From Saccostrea echinata (taxonomy: Eukaryota): a DNA stretch of 64,000 nucleotides. The position numbers and the translations under genes were made by a program. The notes beneath the pieces were generated by a model. The model was given only the letters and a program-made list of their open reading frames with translations, was not told where the DNA came from and did not search any database. The first letter of the stretch is position 1. Every line of letters starts with the position of its first letter. Below are positions 12,861 to 26,575 of the stretch, one piece after another. The DNA lies in the NCBI RefSeq assembly GCF_033153115.1, contig NW_026889750.1, positions 2,604,001-2,668,000 on the forward strand. Direction: 5' to 3'.

Positions 12861-13589
12861 GAATGAATGATAGGCCCTAAGGTCACACCGCTCACCTAAG
12901 TCACCCTTGCCTGGCTGTCATGGCCTGCTCTTGTTCATCAGATTTTTCAAAAGAAATTGTCCTCTATATGCCCATGAATAATTCTGATACCATACCATGC
13001 ATACTGTTGCATCATCCGGCACAAGAAGTCATAATTTAAACTAGATATTTACGAAAGTTACTTCCCTTTGTGGGGTCAATCTGGGCTCAATTGGCATAAC
13101 CCACTGTTTTTCCTCTATAATATTACCAACTTCATGAGGCACTGTCACACAAATTCAATATGAATGTATATATATGTTCATAATGTTATATATTGTGGAA
13201 AATTTCATCTTTGATAGCCTCACCTAACCCCCATGTCCACATGACTTGTGAATGTGGTCTTGCAATTAGCAATTAATGTCACCCTGCTATTCATCCGGAA
13301 CACCTCGGGCCCGAGGTGTTCCAGATGCCTGCTATTTTGAATTAATATTACAACTTTGAGTTGGACCTACTTTTTGACAGGCAGCAAAACAAACTTGTCA
13401 ATGAATGATTTACAAAAGTGCCCATAAAAACCCCTTTTCAAAACACAGAAATCAATGTAAGGAGACCTCTTATCCGTAGAATCTGGAGCTAAACATGAAC
13501 ACATGAATCTAATGAAATAACTTAATAAAATACACTACAAAAATTAACTTTGTACTGACTTTAATTAAAATAGGAAGTGTCCAGACTCT

Positions 13590-14140
13590 ATTTTGTACAA
13601 AAATTTAAACAGATATAACGACAATGTTTTATCCATTAACAATAGTTACTTCCATTTATATGTTGACTCGATATACTAGCATCCCAATGAACTCGAAATA
13701 AATGACTTCACAGAGTCTGCCACATTTCAAATTGGGATTTTTTCTGAATGTAGATGATAAGGCCCAACTAAAATCTAAACTGTTTGACAAATGAAGATGA
13801 CTTCTGATCAGTTTTTCCATTGTCAACTTTCATTACTTTATGAAGTAATATTCCACTATCACCTGAATATGGTGATTATGTCTCTCAATTATACGATACT
13901 TAGGAGCATGCTCTGCATGAGTACAATGAATTTTTAAACCATGGAAGGCTACTGATATATAAGTTGTTGATACAGGGATTTTATTATTCTCATTTAAAAT
14001 CAGCATTTGAAATTTCTATGGTTGTTATAATGAACTTATTAGCAAATACAACCTATCATTGGATATTGTATTTTGACTGACATACTTCAGACCAATTATT
14101 AGGTCTTTTTTGACCATGGATTAATAACCTTATAACAGTT
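13590..14140 (+). mobile_element. Degenerate Penelope-like retroelement RT fragment
   Basis: Conceptual translation RYNDNVLSINN (decayed YIDD motif), NIPLSPEYGDYVSQL, GRLLIYKLLIQGF; disrupted by stops and frameshifts; same family as 42140-42810. Confidence 0.7.
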
Positions 14141-14471
14141 CTAAATGGCAGCTTAAATAATAGAATACATAAACATGTACTTAGAAAGTCTTTATTAAAG
14201 ATATTATCACAGGCAATTAATTCTACGCATACAAGTATAACAGCATTTGTTCTTCATAAAAGCACAACTAACATCCAAATTTACATTTTATACTGATTAT
14301 TTCTCACTACAGATATTAATCATTGTGAGAAGAGGGAATTCCTGAGTTTTCAGTTATGTCCATTCAGATATTCTCCTTAGTTCCTGGAAAGCACATTCAT
14401 CCTGACATAGAGTATGAAGGGCAACACAATAGCCGGTGATTGGTCTTAGCTGTGAATTGCTCATTTTCATC

Positions 14472-17400
14472 TCAGCCCATATTTTTGCGATTTCCCCATC
14501 CTCTGCGGTGATCTTGAATAAGAAAGAAAATTGCAAACTAAAAACTTGACTATAGTAAAAATCTTCAAGTATCAAATACCTTTTTACAACCTCATTTATT
14601 CAGGCATATTTTAAGTATTAAGGAATGCTTGTTACTGATAAATATTCTTTTGATGCCAATTTAATCACAATTTTTTTCACAAAAAAAATTGAATGCACAT
14701 TGTAAAAGAAAGATGTCTAATCACTTGAAAAATTTGTATGCTAGATATTCAAGAGTAAAAACTGTTTTCAAACATAACTATCACCTACATTTTCATTTTT
14801 TTCTGCATTGGCTAAAGAAATGTCAACCAATTTGTAGCATCAATGGATGAAGGGGAACAAAGAGTTTTAATATTCATGGACAGAGTCCTGCTGGGACTTG
14901 AGGGATGAGTAAAAATGCCTTAATAACAAGAAGGTTTCAGGCCCAAGGGAGCTAAGGACCACCAAATTCATAATATTTTGTTCCTTACTTATACAGATAT
15001 TATATAACATTTATAAAATACAGATATAAAAATGGTCCTGCAGTTTTAGAGAGCAAGATAAAAATTATGGATCACTTGAGTTACTAAGCAAATAAATCTA
15101 CCAACACTGGCACCGGGGTATATACAAAATAAAACTATTCTGAAGTTTTGTCATTTTTGTTTTAGGGTGAAGAAACAGTGCACTGATTTTGGGTTAAGGA
15201 TAATGCAACTATAGTGTACTCTGTACTACACTTTATTTTTGCTAAATTTCTGTTTACTTTGGAAAAGAGAGTGCAACATTATTTGAAGATGGCTCTTAGA
15301 ATTTCCATTCCTCAGACAACAAGTTTCTGTAGAATTTAAATTTTAAATTTATAGGGGAATTAACATATGAAAAACAAGAGACAAACTTCTACCAGAAGCC
15401 CACTCCTGAGCTTGTAACATAGATAAGGTCAAAAGGTACACATCTAATATCCTAATTACCATCTTTCCAGTCATCCATTGCTCTGGCCTTCTGTAGCTCC
15501 TCTGGGTCGTCTTGTTCGATTTTATTTTCCTTTTCCTCGGCTTCCTTTTCCTGGGCTTCTTTATCTTTATCAGGATCAGCCGCCCAGTCCTGCATACTAT
15601 GTCCCCTAAAACCCACAAAACAGAGAACTGTAGAAAGTCTCAGAACACAATAAATAGATTGCATGACAATGCCATACACACTGCATAACAATGAACTCAC
15701 TGACAACAACCTATTGGGAAAAAAATTTATGACTACATTATGTATGTCCTAATATAGACAAGATCAATGCACTGTTTCTATCTCAACACAAGAATAATTT
15801 TAATGAGATACCATATGGTAGCATATTTTATTTCAACGGCAGTAGATGAAATTATTAAAATCATTGTTCTAGACTTTCGTCATTTGTTTTATTATCCAAT
15901 TTTCCATACATTTTCAGAATGAAATAAGAGAGAGAGAGAGTTACGACATCAATTTGTTCAAAACTCCAAATTTTCCTCAAAGGCTTTCTGTAGATTCTTA
16001 CATGCACTTCAAATACATGTTCTTTACACCAAAGAAAAATATATATTGGTTCTTTACACCAAAGAAAAATATATCAAGCATTAAGTCACCCTTCCCTGTG
16101 ATCATCAGAAAAGACAATGTTTATCTGCATGCCTTCTGATTTTTTTTACATGCCAAACTGTTCTGTATAATTGAGGAGAAGCAGAGTTGTCCCCCTTAAT
16201 TGAGACGTCCTTACTGTGAGGTAGGTGGATGGAAGGTGCCGTCTTTCACTTTCTGTTCATAGAACTCCTCTATAGTCATTGTAGGTAAGCTGGGATAGCC
16301 TGCACCAAATACAGCCTTCTGAATCATGTCTTTGGTGATGATGAATGGACGGAATGCCTGTCAGACATAAAAAAGAAATAAATTTCCTACTGGCACAGGA
16401 AATTTTCAAGCTTGCCTTCTTTTTTTGTTCAAAAAATGCAGAGTTGACATTTATACTATGTACCACCAGACTCTGAGGCCATAAAACTTAGATGACCTCA
16501 TTTTTTTTATTTCAGTTTCACTTTCCCTCCATGCATTCCTTTTGTGAAATAAGACTGAGATCAAAAATGAGCTCCTCCAAGTTTTTTGGCTCCACTGCTC
16601 CAGAGCCTGTTAACTCAGTATTACATTTCATACTTATAAGAAATTTGGACAGGATACCTTTCTCTGTTCCTTAGGTTTGTTCTCTGGCACTTCATCATCT
16701 AATGCTTGATGACGTATGCCTAACATGGTAGTTTCAACTGAAAAATGCAATTCATTAAGCAATACTTAGTAGTTACACTGCTGTGTTTGAAACATGGTGT
16801 TCTGCCTTCTTCATCATGTATGGTATACACTAGGGCTGGCACGATATATCGAGATATCTATTCTGTGTGAGGACAATACACATATCAATACGTACAAAGA
16901 AATATTGATATACATGTATCACAAAAAAAATTCTGACTTATGTTCTTCTTTGTTTAATATTTCGGGTTTAATATATAAAATAAATATGCTAAATATAAAT
17001 ATAAATATGAAATACATATAATTAACAACACTTGTGTAAAATAATTTTTTTTTATAACAAATATACAACTTCTTTGAATAAATTATTCTTATTTGTGAAG
17101 AAATGTTTAGTTCATTTCAATACAAAAAAAAAAGACTTTATAACCATTTCAACATATCGTGATACATACATATCGTATCACGGCACAAATATCGTGATAT
17201 GTATCGATATAGAAAAAGTTGTATCGTCCCAGCCCTAGTATGCACATATTTTTTTAGTAGCAATTGTACTATTTATTTATAACAAAAATTATTTTTTCTT
17301 CAATTCAAATCGAGAAATTAAAATGATAAAATCTGGTGCCAGAAAATTTATTCATTCTTTCCCTTACCCTGGAGTGATTCCAGACTTTCTTTAGCAGTTC

Positions 17401-20400
17401 CAATCCATTGTCTAATTAAACCTAAGTAGTACTCTCTCTGTAATAAAAACACAACAAATCTTAGCTAACAACAAGTATAAGGTAAACTAATCAGTGTTAG
17501 TCAGAAGCTCGCAATTCCTATTCAAGATGCTAAAATTCAACTCGACAATCTCTCCATCTTGTGAAATGCTGGAAATTATTAAAATCAATATACTCCATTT
17601 TAATTACTCTGCATTCTCGGAGATACATGTATATAAGTTATCAAAATAAATACAGGTACAGTTATAAATATACCAAACCTCCACCTCCAAATAGTAAATA
17701 TCGCTGAACTTGTATTTCTTAACATGAAAGGAAAATAACCTTTATTTCATCATCTACATGTTCTTGCTTCATTTTTTCGTGGAGTTCCTTCACTTTGGCA
17801 TCAAGCTCCTTCTTTTCTTTAAAACTTCTAATCTTCTCCTCTCTAGTCTGCATTTGACCTGCTAGTCCTTGTGGTGGTCTAAAAAACAATACACAATATC
17901 AAATGTTTAAACGATGAAATCAATGAAATCATTTCTGAGTAAGGACTTATTAATTAAGATTAGAAAACTGTTGAATGGCACGTGCAATGCATAAATAATA
18001 AAGTATTGTAAATGCATGTACACAGGCACTTGGCATTACATATTTTTCTTATTAAAAAAAATATATAACCCCATATCTAATAATGATATATATAGTTATA
18101 TATATTTTTAAGAATATATGTAACGTCAAGTGCCTGTGTAAATGTATTATATTTTGCATGTACGACATTTGGCAAAAAAAGATTTTCGAACACAGTGTAT
18201 ATTTGATTTAGCACATTTTTAATGTTCTTATTTATGTATATATGTGCAAGACATTTAGCATCATACTTGAATTAGCAGAAGTTTCTTTCCGCCAAAGGTG
18301 CTAATAATAACACAAGCCAAATGTAATATGTTGACAGTAAGTGATTACCCGTTAGAACTCAGAGCTTTCTGCTGACTCTCAGGAGTTAGATTTAGAAGCT
18401 TCTTATCAATTTTAGCTACTCCATAACTATCACAATTTCTGAGGAAATCTGTGTAATATGCCTGAAAAAAAAAAGAAACAACTGTTAGTTTTAATTCTCA
18501 CCCTCAATTTTTTGATCAGCAGATCTGGAGTTTAAAATATTTGCTTTAAAAGGAAAAAAAAGAAGTTAATTTATCTTGAATGTGACAGTTTGAGATTAAG
18601 CTTCTATGGCTAGGGAGATAATAAATCCTGAGGGAATTGTTAGAATTATCATCCTTGTACATGTATAAGGAAATCTCTCTTTGCTCATTCTTTGCACCAA
18701 CCACATGACAAATGGAATCAACATATCATGTTTGAACTTTCAACATTACTAATGAAAATATTGGATTTTTCTTCCAAGAACAAACAAGAAATTTGTGCAC
18801 AGACAGCCAGAGTGATAATTTTAATAAATATTGTAATTTTTAAAGCAAATTGTTACTTGTTTTTGCTTACTGTTGCTTCCTTTACCAAACCCTCTCTGTC
18901 CTCCATTTTTTTTACAGTCTTCCTCTCCGTGAAAAATCCCACAAAGGCAGGCAACAAAAGGTATCTAAAAGTTTAACTNNNNNNNNNNNNNNNNNNNNNN
19001 NNNNNNNNNNNNNNNNNNNNNNNNNNNNNNNNNNNNNNNNNNNNNNNNNNNNNNNNNNNNNNNNNNNNNNNNNNNNNNNNNNNNNNNNNNNNNNNNNNNN
19101 NNNNNNNNNNNNNNNNNNNNNNNCAAACCTCCAAATCGGTTGTGATTGTGGAAGGAAATCTTCACCTCAATTTTTCTAAATATTGAGCAAACAAAGCATA
19201 ACATTTTCATAGAAATACATATATGTTTGGCTTTGCTCATAAATCTAAATATGATATCTTAATAAATCATGACTTCATAGTGTGATCTAATCATGACATC
19301 ACAGATAAGACTATTAATTAAGTCATATTAAGAAAATTTTCTATTCTCAAATTATTATTTGATCAAGTACATAACTTAAAGGATTTTGTGACGTTTAATT
19401 CAATATAAAATTATTAAGATTTTCTCATAGCAACATCATTTAACTACAACCTTGAGACATATCTAAATACTGAATTTGATGCATCTGTGATAATCAATTA
19501 TAATTACTTCATTTCATTTGTTGCCACCTCTTCGATCTCTTCATTACTGCTAAACAGACAGAGCTCATTCACCATTCTAATGGCCTTCATCCCAGCTGTT
19601 ATCCCTGTGATGATTGTTTTCTTTTAAAAGAATAATGACTTTATTATTTCCAATATTCACAGAATTACATATATAGCCTATAACCATGATTATAGCTCGA
19701 TCTGGACCATGAACATTCTAGGGAAAGACTTTACTTTACCGGTCCCCAGAATAACATTATATGCTTAAATAAAGTGTTGCTATAGGTGACTCTAATACAT
19801 GTATATATGAGATCATGTGAGCAGTAGAAAAAAATTAAGTTTTGGGCCAGTTTGACAACAAAATCAAAATCTATGATTTAAAGATTATTTTAAAACTTTT
19901 TTTTAAACAATTTGAAAGTTTTTAACCTTCTCTGAAAACATTTAATAAAAATTGTTGTTTAGTCAGTGAAAATTGACAGAATTTGCTGTCAACGAAGCAT
20001 GTTTGGTGCATACTTAGTCTGGGTTCTTTCATCTTTGCCATTTTTTAATGTAAACAAGCAAACATGATGTCATAAATACACAGATGATGAGAACTATAAT
20101 CTTCTATAATCAACTAATTGATTTATTTGAATTTATTAATTGATTTAAAAGACTGTATCTCTAATATTAACACACTAGCCCTAATCTCCAGTCTTGGGTA
20201 ATATGCAAGAACTAAGCCTAACCCAAATCTCCGGGCCGGGTATGATACTAACCCTAATCAGTCAAATAGTGCACCCAATCTGTCTGCAGATGCGAATTGT
20301 GCGAGGACTAACCCTAACCTCAGGTGGGTGCAAGACTAACCCTAATCAGTTGAGTGGTGTGTGAGACAGTGCAATGAGCACACTGACCATCATCTGGGGA

Positions 20401-20762
20401 CTGGTAAAGTAAATTCTACCCAATACAATTTTTTTTTTGTGAAACTGAAAGTTAATTTTTTTTTTTAATACAATTTATATAATATTATTTCTCGTTGTCT
20501 TTATAAACCAATTATTGACAATATCATCATCACGTCATCCTTATAAATAAAAGTACCTCAGATCATCAGATGCAACATCAAAATATCATGTTGGGTCTAG
20601 ATGCTAAATTATAGAGACCTATGAACATAAACTGAGAAATTTCGAAAGAGATACCTGAACATTGTAGGAAGAGGATGGTTCCTCTGTGCTGTCCAGCTTT
20701 TCCCAACAAGACCACACTGTCTCGAACAAGTCTGGAAGTCTCTCCTCTCCCCCCTCTGCCAT
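14472..20762 (-). CDS. IGBP1: Immunoglobulin-binding protein 1 / alpha4 / TAP42 family PP2A regulator (10 coding exons, ~348 aa)
   Basis: Exons 20655-20762, 19508-19620, 18871-18964, 18349-18461, 17740-17878, 17368-17437, 16658-16737, 16215-16357, 15460-15605, 14472-14512. Motifs: LFSSNEEIEEVAT, YLLLPA, REEKI, PFIITKD, VFGAGYPSLPTMTIEEFY, ARAMDDWKD, HRRGWGNRKNMG*. Confidence 0.96.
16831..17237. mobile_element. hAT MITE
   Basis: TIRs TAGGGCTGGCACGATA / TATCGTCCCAGCCCTA; 8-bp TSD gtatacac / gtatgcac; subterminal atcgat-rich repeats. Confidence 0.85.
18979..19123. other. Assembly gap (145 N) in IGBP1 intron 2
   Basis: Run of N; the flanking exons join in frame, so no coding exon appears to be missing. 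Confidence 0.99.
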
Positions 20763-21057
20763 TTGCGTTAGTCAGAAAGTTTCAGTACATAATTGGCCTA
20801 CTCATAAGTCTCATTTCTATTTTTGCAGCACCAATGTGATAATGAGAGTGGTAAATTTAGTCATCTGAAATCAACGATCAGCATATTTCGCTTTTCAATT
20901 ATCCGTGACACCCGTTCCAGATTACTTAAAACAAAAGCTAAAAATAAGAATTTATTTTTTTTTCTATTAAGGATGGAGGAATTATTTTTTTAATTTCTTA
21001 AATGAAAATTTACTGCTCCAACCCTTACCCTACTTTTATTCTGTCCCCCAAATAAAC
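20763..21057. promoter_or_regulatory. Putative bidirectional promoter IGBP1/FMC1
   Basis: Divergent ATGs separated by only 295 bp. Confidence 0.7.
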
Positions 21058-24000
21058 ATGGCTAATCAACAGAAAGTGAACCTGGGACGTTTGCTTTTCA
21101 AAAGATTGCGTCGTGAGTTGCAAGAAACAGTGAATTCAAAGGTGAGATTAATGCAATACATACCAAGTCATTTTCTTTCAAACTTATAAAAAAGTCAATC
21201 AATTGTCATTTTTTTCCAAACTGACCAAAGTCAAGTGTCTCTTCTTACTTCCAGGGCCCGAATTATCTCCGTTATTCAAAACAAACCGTAATAAACTTAA
21301 TTGGCAACAGAATTAACCAAATTTACCTTAAACTGGTCCTGGAGAAATTTGTTATTTTTTTAGTATGCATCCCTTTCTATTTAGATGATGATTTTTTGTT
21401 ACCTGCCCCATATTCTTTGACAAAGAATATGGGGCAGGTAACAAACTTTGTACCTCTTTGGTCTACAGCTGCTAGACTGTTGAGTTCTCAGCTGGGTCCA
21501 TCCATCTTACGTGGAATGTCTTCAGGGTGGCGGGACAGCAGAAGGTGATCTTCTCCCCCAGCTGGTAAGGCTTTCAGCTATTGTCTTCTTTTCTCAGCCA
21601 TAACCTGTTGGATGTCCTCTCGGCAGCCAAGGCCATGGAGTAACTGCTATCTTCCTCCTCCTTCTACAGTCCCAATGCTGCCCTCATTCTCAACATGAGG
21701 CATGCTTCTACAAAATCTCATGCCTCTGTCAGCAATCATTCACCAACTCTTCATACTTTGCATGTTTACGTTTGTGGGCCTCCTGACAATAAGTCTCCTG
21801 TGGTACTTTTAGCTCTATCATCATTAGTTTTTTTCATGCTCTCAGATATAAGCCTTTCTGGTCATTGGGTAGTTTCTACTATACATGTATTGGTGGGAAT
21901 ATTAACGTCCTCTCAATGTTGACTTGCAGCTCCCAGTCTCTGGTCTTGCCCAGTATGTCCTCTCTCTGATGTATAGTGGTCTCAGTTGTGTGTTTCCCAT
22001 CTCTGATGAAATGGATGAAGCATGACTGGTTTGTGACTATTTGTGGTTCTTCTTCTACCCTGTCTCTAATGCATGGGTAAGTGCTCAAAGGACTTGGTCA
22101 TGACTCTGCCAATACCTTACCTGGGTAAAAGCAACTAATTACTTTGGAAAATGACAGTCATATATGCTCAAGGTTGGTAGGCCTCTTGCATAGTGGGGAC
22201 ATTGGGTTCATTGTTATTCCCAGAATTTGTTGGTGTTGTTTATACACAGCTTTAAATAGGAACTGGAGTTGATAAGACGTATACGTCCATCTATCACTTC
22301 ATGTCAACACATTTTCTTTAGTTTCTGATGTAGTCCAATTTCCTTGAGTTTCCATCCCCACTGCCTGGATTTATCTGCATCTTCCTCCTGTTGCTGTATC
22401 ACCTGTTGGACTAGTTATGACCTGTCTTTGTCTGAAGCCCCAACTTCATGAGCTTGTTGTTGACTTGGTGCCTAGATCTTGTCTCTCTTTACAGACAGTT
22501 CCTACAATGATTCTGTTTTTATGATGAAGTTCTTGATTCTCCTTCCAACACTGCATTTGTAACAGCTGCTTTCTGCTTGTATCCTGACTCTATGTAGGTT
22601 CCAACTTCTCTTACTTTCAAATCTTTGAAGTCCTTTAGGGTCATTATGAGGCAAGCCTTCCCAGTTTTGAATTGTGAGAGGTAAACAAAGCTTGTTGATC
22701 TTTCTGTAAAATCTGACCAATGAAATGTACTCTTGAACCACCATTCATGATGGGAGATACTGGTTGACATTCCTCTCAATGCCTTCTATAGTTGTTATGG
22801 CAGTGTCATAAAGCATGTGTGGCCAAATTAGACAGGTACATGTAGGAGACATAAGATATGTTTATGATCTCTGCGGGAAGGTCCACACCTTAAATTTTCT
22901 TGGCAAGCTAGTGAAGCTGATGTTAATTAGACTTTCTGTTGCTTCTTGCTCTAGAGCTATGCTATTAATATTGTTATCTTTAGAATGAATCTTTGGGTGA
23001 TCTGTGCTCTCTAACCAGACATCTCGATTTGGAAAACTTGAACTTCATTTGGACCCATATAGCTGTTTCCTCCATGGCTGTCAGTGCACATCTCTCCCGT
23101 ATGTGTGTTATTGTAGTGATGGTCAATTAATCTATGTAGCCTCTGTATAGCTGCTGACTGATGTCTGCCTTGGTCTTTGGTCCTCTGGTATCTCGTCTCT
23201 CTACCTCAGTTTTTTTTTTCTTTGGTTTGACTTAGTCTGCATATTCAATCAAAATGGGCTTACTAAGCACTCTAATTTTATGGTCTCATTTACAAAAATA
23301 CTTAATGAATTTGATTAGATTTGACTCCCCACATCTTTGATATGGCATTTTTTGTGCATTTCAACATGTTCAAGTTGTATCTGTGATATACATTCAGGGT
23401 TGTCCCTAAGACCCAGGGGCCAGGGAATTTCCCTGCCTATAATTACGTAATTCCCTGGTTACTCCAGTTTTCTCCCTCATCACCCTGTTAATGGAAGAAC
23501 CCCAGACCCCCTTCTACTTTTTAAATGTCCCCTGCTATTTTAATTCGTAGGGACAACCGTGTTCATTACTAAATATTAGTGATTATTAGTCCCCTACCGG
23601 TGAAACCGGAGGGGACTATAGGTTTCCTCTGAGTCTGTCCGTCTGTCTGTCTGTCTGTCCCTCTGTCTGTCTGTCAGTCTGTCCCACTTGGTTTTCCGCA
23701 CTTTTTTCCTAAAGGCTTGCAGATATTGAGCTGATTTTTGGTATGTGAGTGTATCTTGATGAGTTACAGATCAAGTTTGCATTTCGTTCCGCTTCACTGA
23801 TTTTTGACGGAATTTCGGCCTTTTCAATTTTTACAGGTTTTCCGCAATTTTCTTCTAAACGCTTGTAGATATTGAGCAGATTTTTGGTATGTGGCTTTAC
23901 CTTGATTAGTTATAGATCAAGTTTGCATTTCGTCCCGCTTCATTAATTTTTGATGGAATTATGGCATTTTCAATTCTTAACGGGAACCAGATTACACTTG

Positions 24001-25685
24001 CCGGTAGGGGACTAGTATTGCTAATGCAATACTCTCAGAATGCTTGTTACTGTGATTTTCAGGTGCACAATGTGTCCAGCAGGCCTCATTTTCAGTTTAA
24101 AAATTTGTAAAAAATTAATTGAATTGTAATACTATCTCTATTTTGCAGGAAAAATTAGCAGATGTTCCTGCATTTCGATACATAGTGAGCCAATTTAGGG
24201 AACACCAAGTTACGAGTCAGAAGTTATGTAAAGGGCAGAATGAGGTGATGATGGTAGGACAAACCTATCTTTGTATGCTGGAGAGTTTGCGAAAATCAGA
24301 GGTAAAATATCACAAAAATCTGTGTATCTAATCTTTTATGTTTGTTCTTTGAAATGTTTAATGTTTCAAAATATATGAATATTAATTATGTATATTAACA
24401 TGTAGGTCTCAAATTCTGCTTTTTTTTTTTTCTTTTTTTTTTTTGGACCTATTTTATTGTCAGTACGTTAATGGAATTGGGCACAAGTTCTAATAACGTT
24501 AGCAGTTCTCTCCCCTTTCAATTTTTGTATTTCACCAGTGTGCAATTAGCTGTGACACTTGATAATCTATTTTTACTTAGTCAGTCACATTAATTGTCAG
24601 TTGATATTCACTGAAATGAAAATTATTAGTAAATCTCAGGGCATGTACCTGGGTATACTTAGTTTTCTCTTTTTCCACCCTTTCCTTCTGGCTCCCACAT
24701 AATGAATCTGAGTGTAATGTTTTGACCTATCTGAACTAAAGGCTCACAAGAGTTTTCTGATTTAAATTTGTCATTCATTTGTTTGTCATCTGCTTGTAAA
24801 CTTTGCACATTTTTGACTTCTTTTCCAGAATCATTGGGTATTTTGCTAAAAATAGAAATTTTTTTTTTTTTTTTTTTTTAGATTTTTCCAAATCATTACC
24901 ACCAGTGTTTCGATTTGACCATAGTAAAGATTGAGTTAAAAAAAAAAAGTTGCATTTGAAAAGTGCATATATAGTCAAGCATCCTTATGTAATGAATATT
25001 TACTTGAGTTATTATGGCCTCCATCTAGTATAAAAATAGCAGATGAATATAGTCAATTTACCGGTAGCACACAAGTTTCTGTATCCTCTTGTAGTTACTC
25101 TCTTATGATTGAGTAAATTAAAGAGACACGGAAAAAGAAAGGTTGGAATTGTAAATACAAAGCATTTTCAAGACTTCCTGCATGATTTGTTAACATGGGA
25201 ACATATTCTTATTACCGTACATGTGGAATTTTTAGCGAGACACAAATTTAGCAATTTTTCCTTAAAAATCAGTATTTAATTTTAGCGAGAAGTAATTTTA
25301 GGGATTTTATGGTGCATAGAAAAATATGTGGAATAAATTGTTAGCAATAATTAATTTAAGTGATCTCAATACCCTATCAAAAAATGCCGAAATTATATCC
25401 TTGCTAAATTTTTGCTTATACAGTATTTGAAATTATCATTTTGTTGTATGCAATTAAAAAAAAGTAAGAAATAATTTTATATGCTAGATTATGAATTTCT
25501 TGCTATATGTACAAATAAAATTTTAAGCATGGCCATAACTTTTGAACATAATTAATTTATATTAATTTTACTTTAATTTTCAGGAATTAGCACAGAGGTA
25601 CAAAACTACGGAGAGATCTGTTGAAGAGAGTGCCAACCTTGTAGGACTTAGAACACCTACTTCTCAATCTGTGGACAATAAATAA
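21058..25685 (+). CDS. FMC1: FMC1 homolog, mitochondrial complex V assembly factor (LYR family; 3 exons, ~112 aa)
   Basis: Exons 21058-21141, 24149-24301, 25584-25685. AFRYIVSQFREHQVTSQKLCK...TYLCMLES...ERSVEESANLVGL closely matches the FMC1/C7orf55 family. Confidence 0.93.
21470..23210 (-). mobile_element. Degenerate non-LTR retrotransposon, Hero/R2-like (REL endonuclease) 3' part, in FMC1 intron 1
   Basis: Minus-strand fragments KVREVGTYIESGYKQKAAVTNAVLEGESR, ILGKTRDWELQVNIERTLIFP and AAERTSNRLWLRK resemble the C-terminal part of Hero-clade ORFs; many stops and frameshifts. Clade assignment is from recalled motifs. Confidence 0.65.
23395..23561. mobile_element. Short hAT-like MITE
   Basis: Termini CAGGGTTGTCCCTA / TAGGGACAACCGTG. 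Confidence 0.65.
23583..24048 (-). mobile_element. HINE-like element with two core repeats
   Basis: Hairpin tagtcccctaccggtgaaaccggaggggacta, (TCTG)n microsatellite, two ~148-bp cores, subterminal ccggtaggggacta, ending cttgtt. Confidence 0.8.
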
Positions 25686-26244
25686 GCAGAACAGTATTGG
25701 GGAGGGGAGGGGGGTTAATTGACAATTTGTGTTGAAGTTAATCTATTAACTTTTTTCGTATACATTGTGTAAAGAAAATGTATAAATTGATATTACACTC
25801 TTCTTGCCAAGATTGATTGTCAGTTTATAAAATACAAGTTGTAAATAGATTACTGATCATTTATTTAATTGTACAATATTTAATATGCGTATTTGTGATT
25901 AAATACATGTATACCAAACTTGAATTATTATTAAAGTACATTATACTGATTTTCAGAAGTAAATTTCTTATAATTTTTAAAATTTTAAAAAAGTTTTAGA
26001 GGAAGTTATATAATTTACTTTTTGTGTGCAATAACACACATTTTTAAGCATCTACACATACTGTTTTGGGGGAATGATTTTGTTACTTCCATTTACTCCA
26101 TTCTTGGGGCTTGACTGGTCAAGATCACAGGATACTGAGATGTACAAAAACAGGAATTTGTGGCAAGGTATAAATTTGAAACTTTGACTGAATGAAATTA
26201 CACTTTAACATGAGCTTGCCTTTGTAGTAATTTAGGCTATATGG

Positions 26245-26322
26245 ACCTGGGTATAGCTCAGTGGTAGAGCAACTGACTAGTGCATGATACAGGGGCCTTG
26301 GGTTCGATCACCAGTCCAGCCA
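26245..26322 (+). repeat. tRNA-derived SINE-like unit, copy 1
   Basis: A-box tagctcagtggtagagc and B-box ggttcgatcacc; anticodon and acceptor arms are degenerate. Confidence 0.7.
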
Positions 26323-26493
26323 TATATTTTCTTTATTTACTACATTTGGTGGCCAGTATGGGGGGTGTCTTGTTTAGATAATACATGTATAAATTGGTAA
26401 TTCCTGGCAAGGTTAACTAACCAGTGTTGTTGTATATCTTTGAGGTCGAAGAGACTGTTTAAGGAGGGAGGTATATAGTAGTTTGGGCTATAT

Positions 26494-26575
26494 GGACCTT
26501 GGATAAAAGATAGCTCAGTGGTTAGAACACCTGACTAGTGATACAGGGGTCCCAGGTTCGATTCCTGGTCTAGAC
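26494..26575 (+). repeat. tRNA-derived SINE-like unit, copy 2
   Basis: tagctcagtggttagaac...ggttcgattcc, preceded by the same ggctatatggacct leader as copy 1. Confidence 0.7.

Noticed and set aside
13292-13327. 36-bp palindrome upstream of GPD1 as a regulatory RNA
   Set aside because: Resembles the terminal hairpin of a rolling-circle-type repeat; no evidence of transcription.
18979-19123. IGBP1 exon possibly lost in the N gap
   Set aside because: The expected YLLLPA exon is present at 18871-18964 and the frames join correctly.
26245-26575. Possible tRNA genes
   Set aside because: A and B boxes are present but the cloverleaf stems are broken; more consistent with SINE-like repeats.
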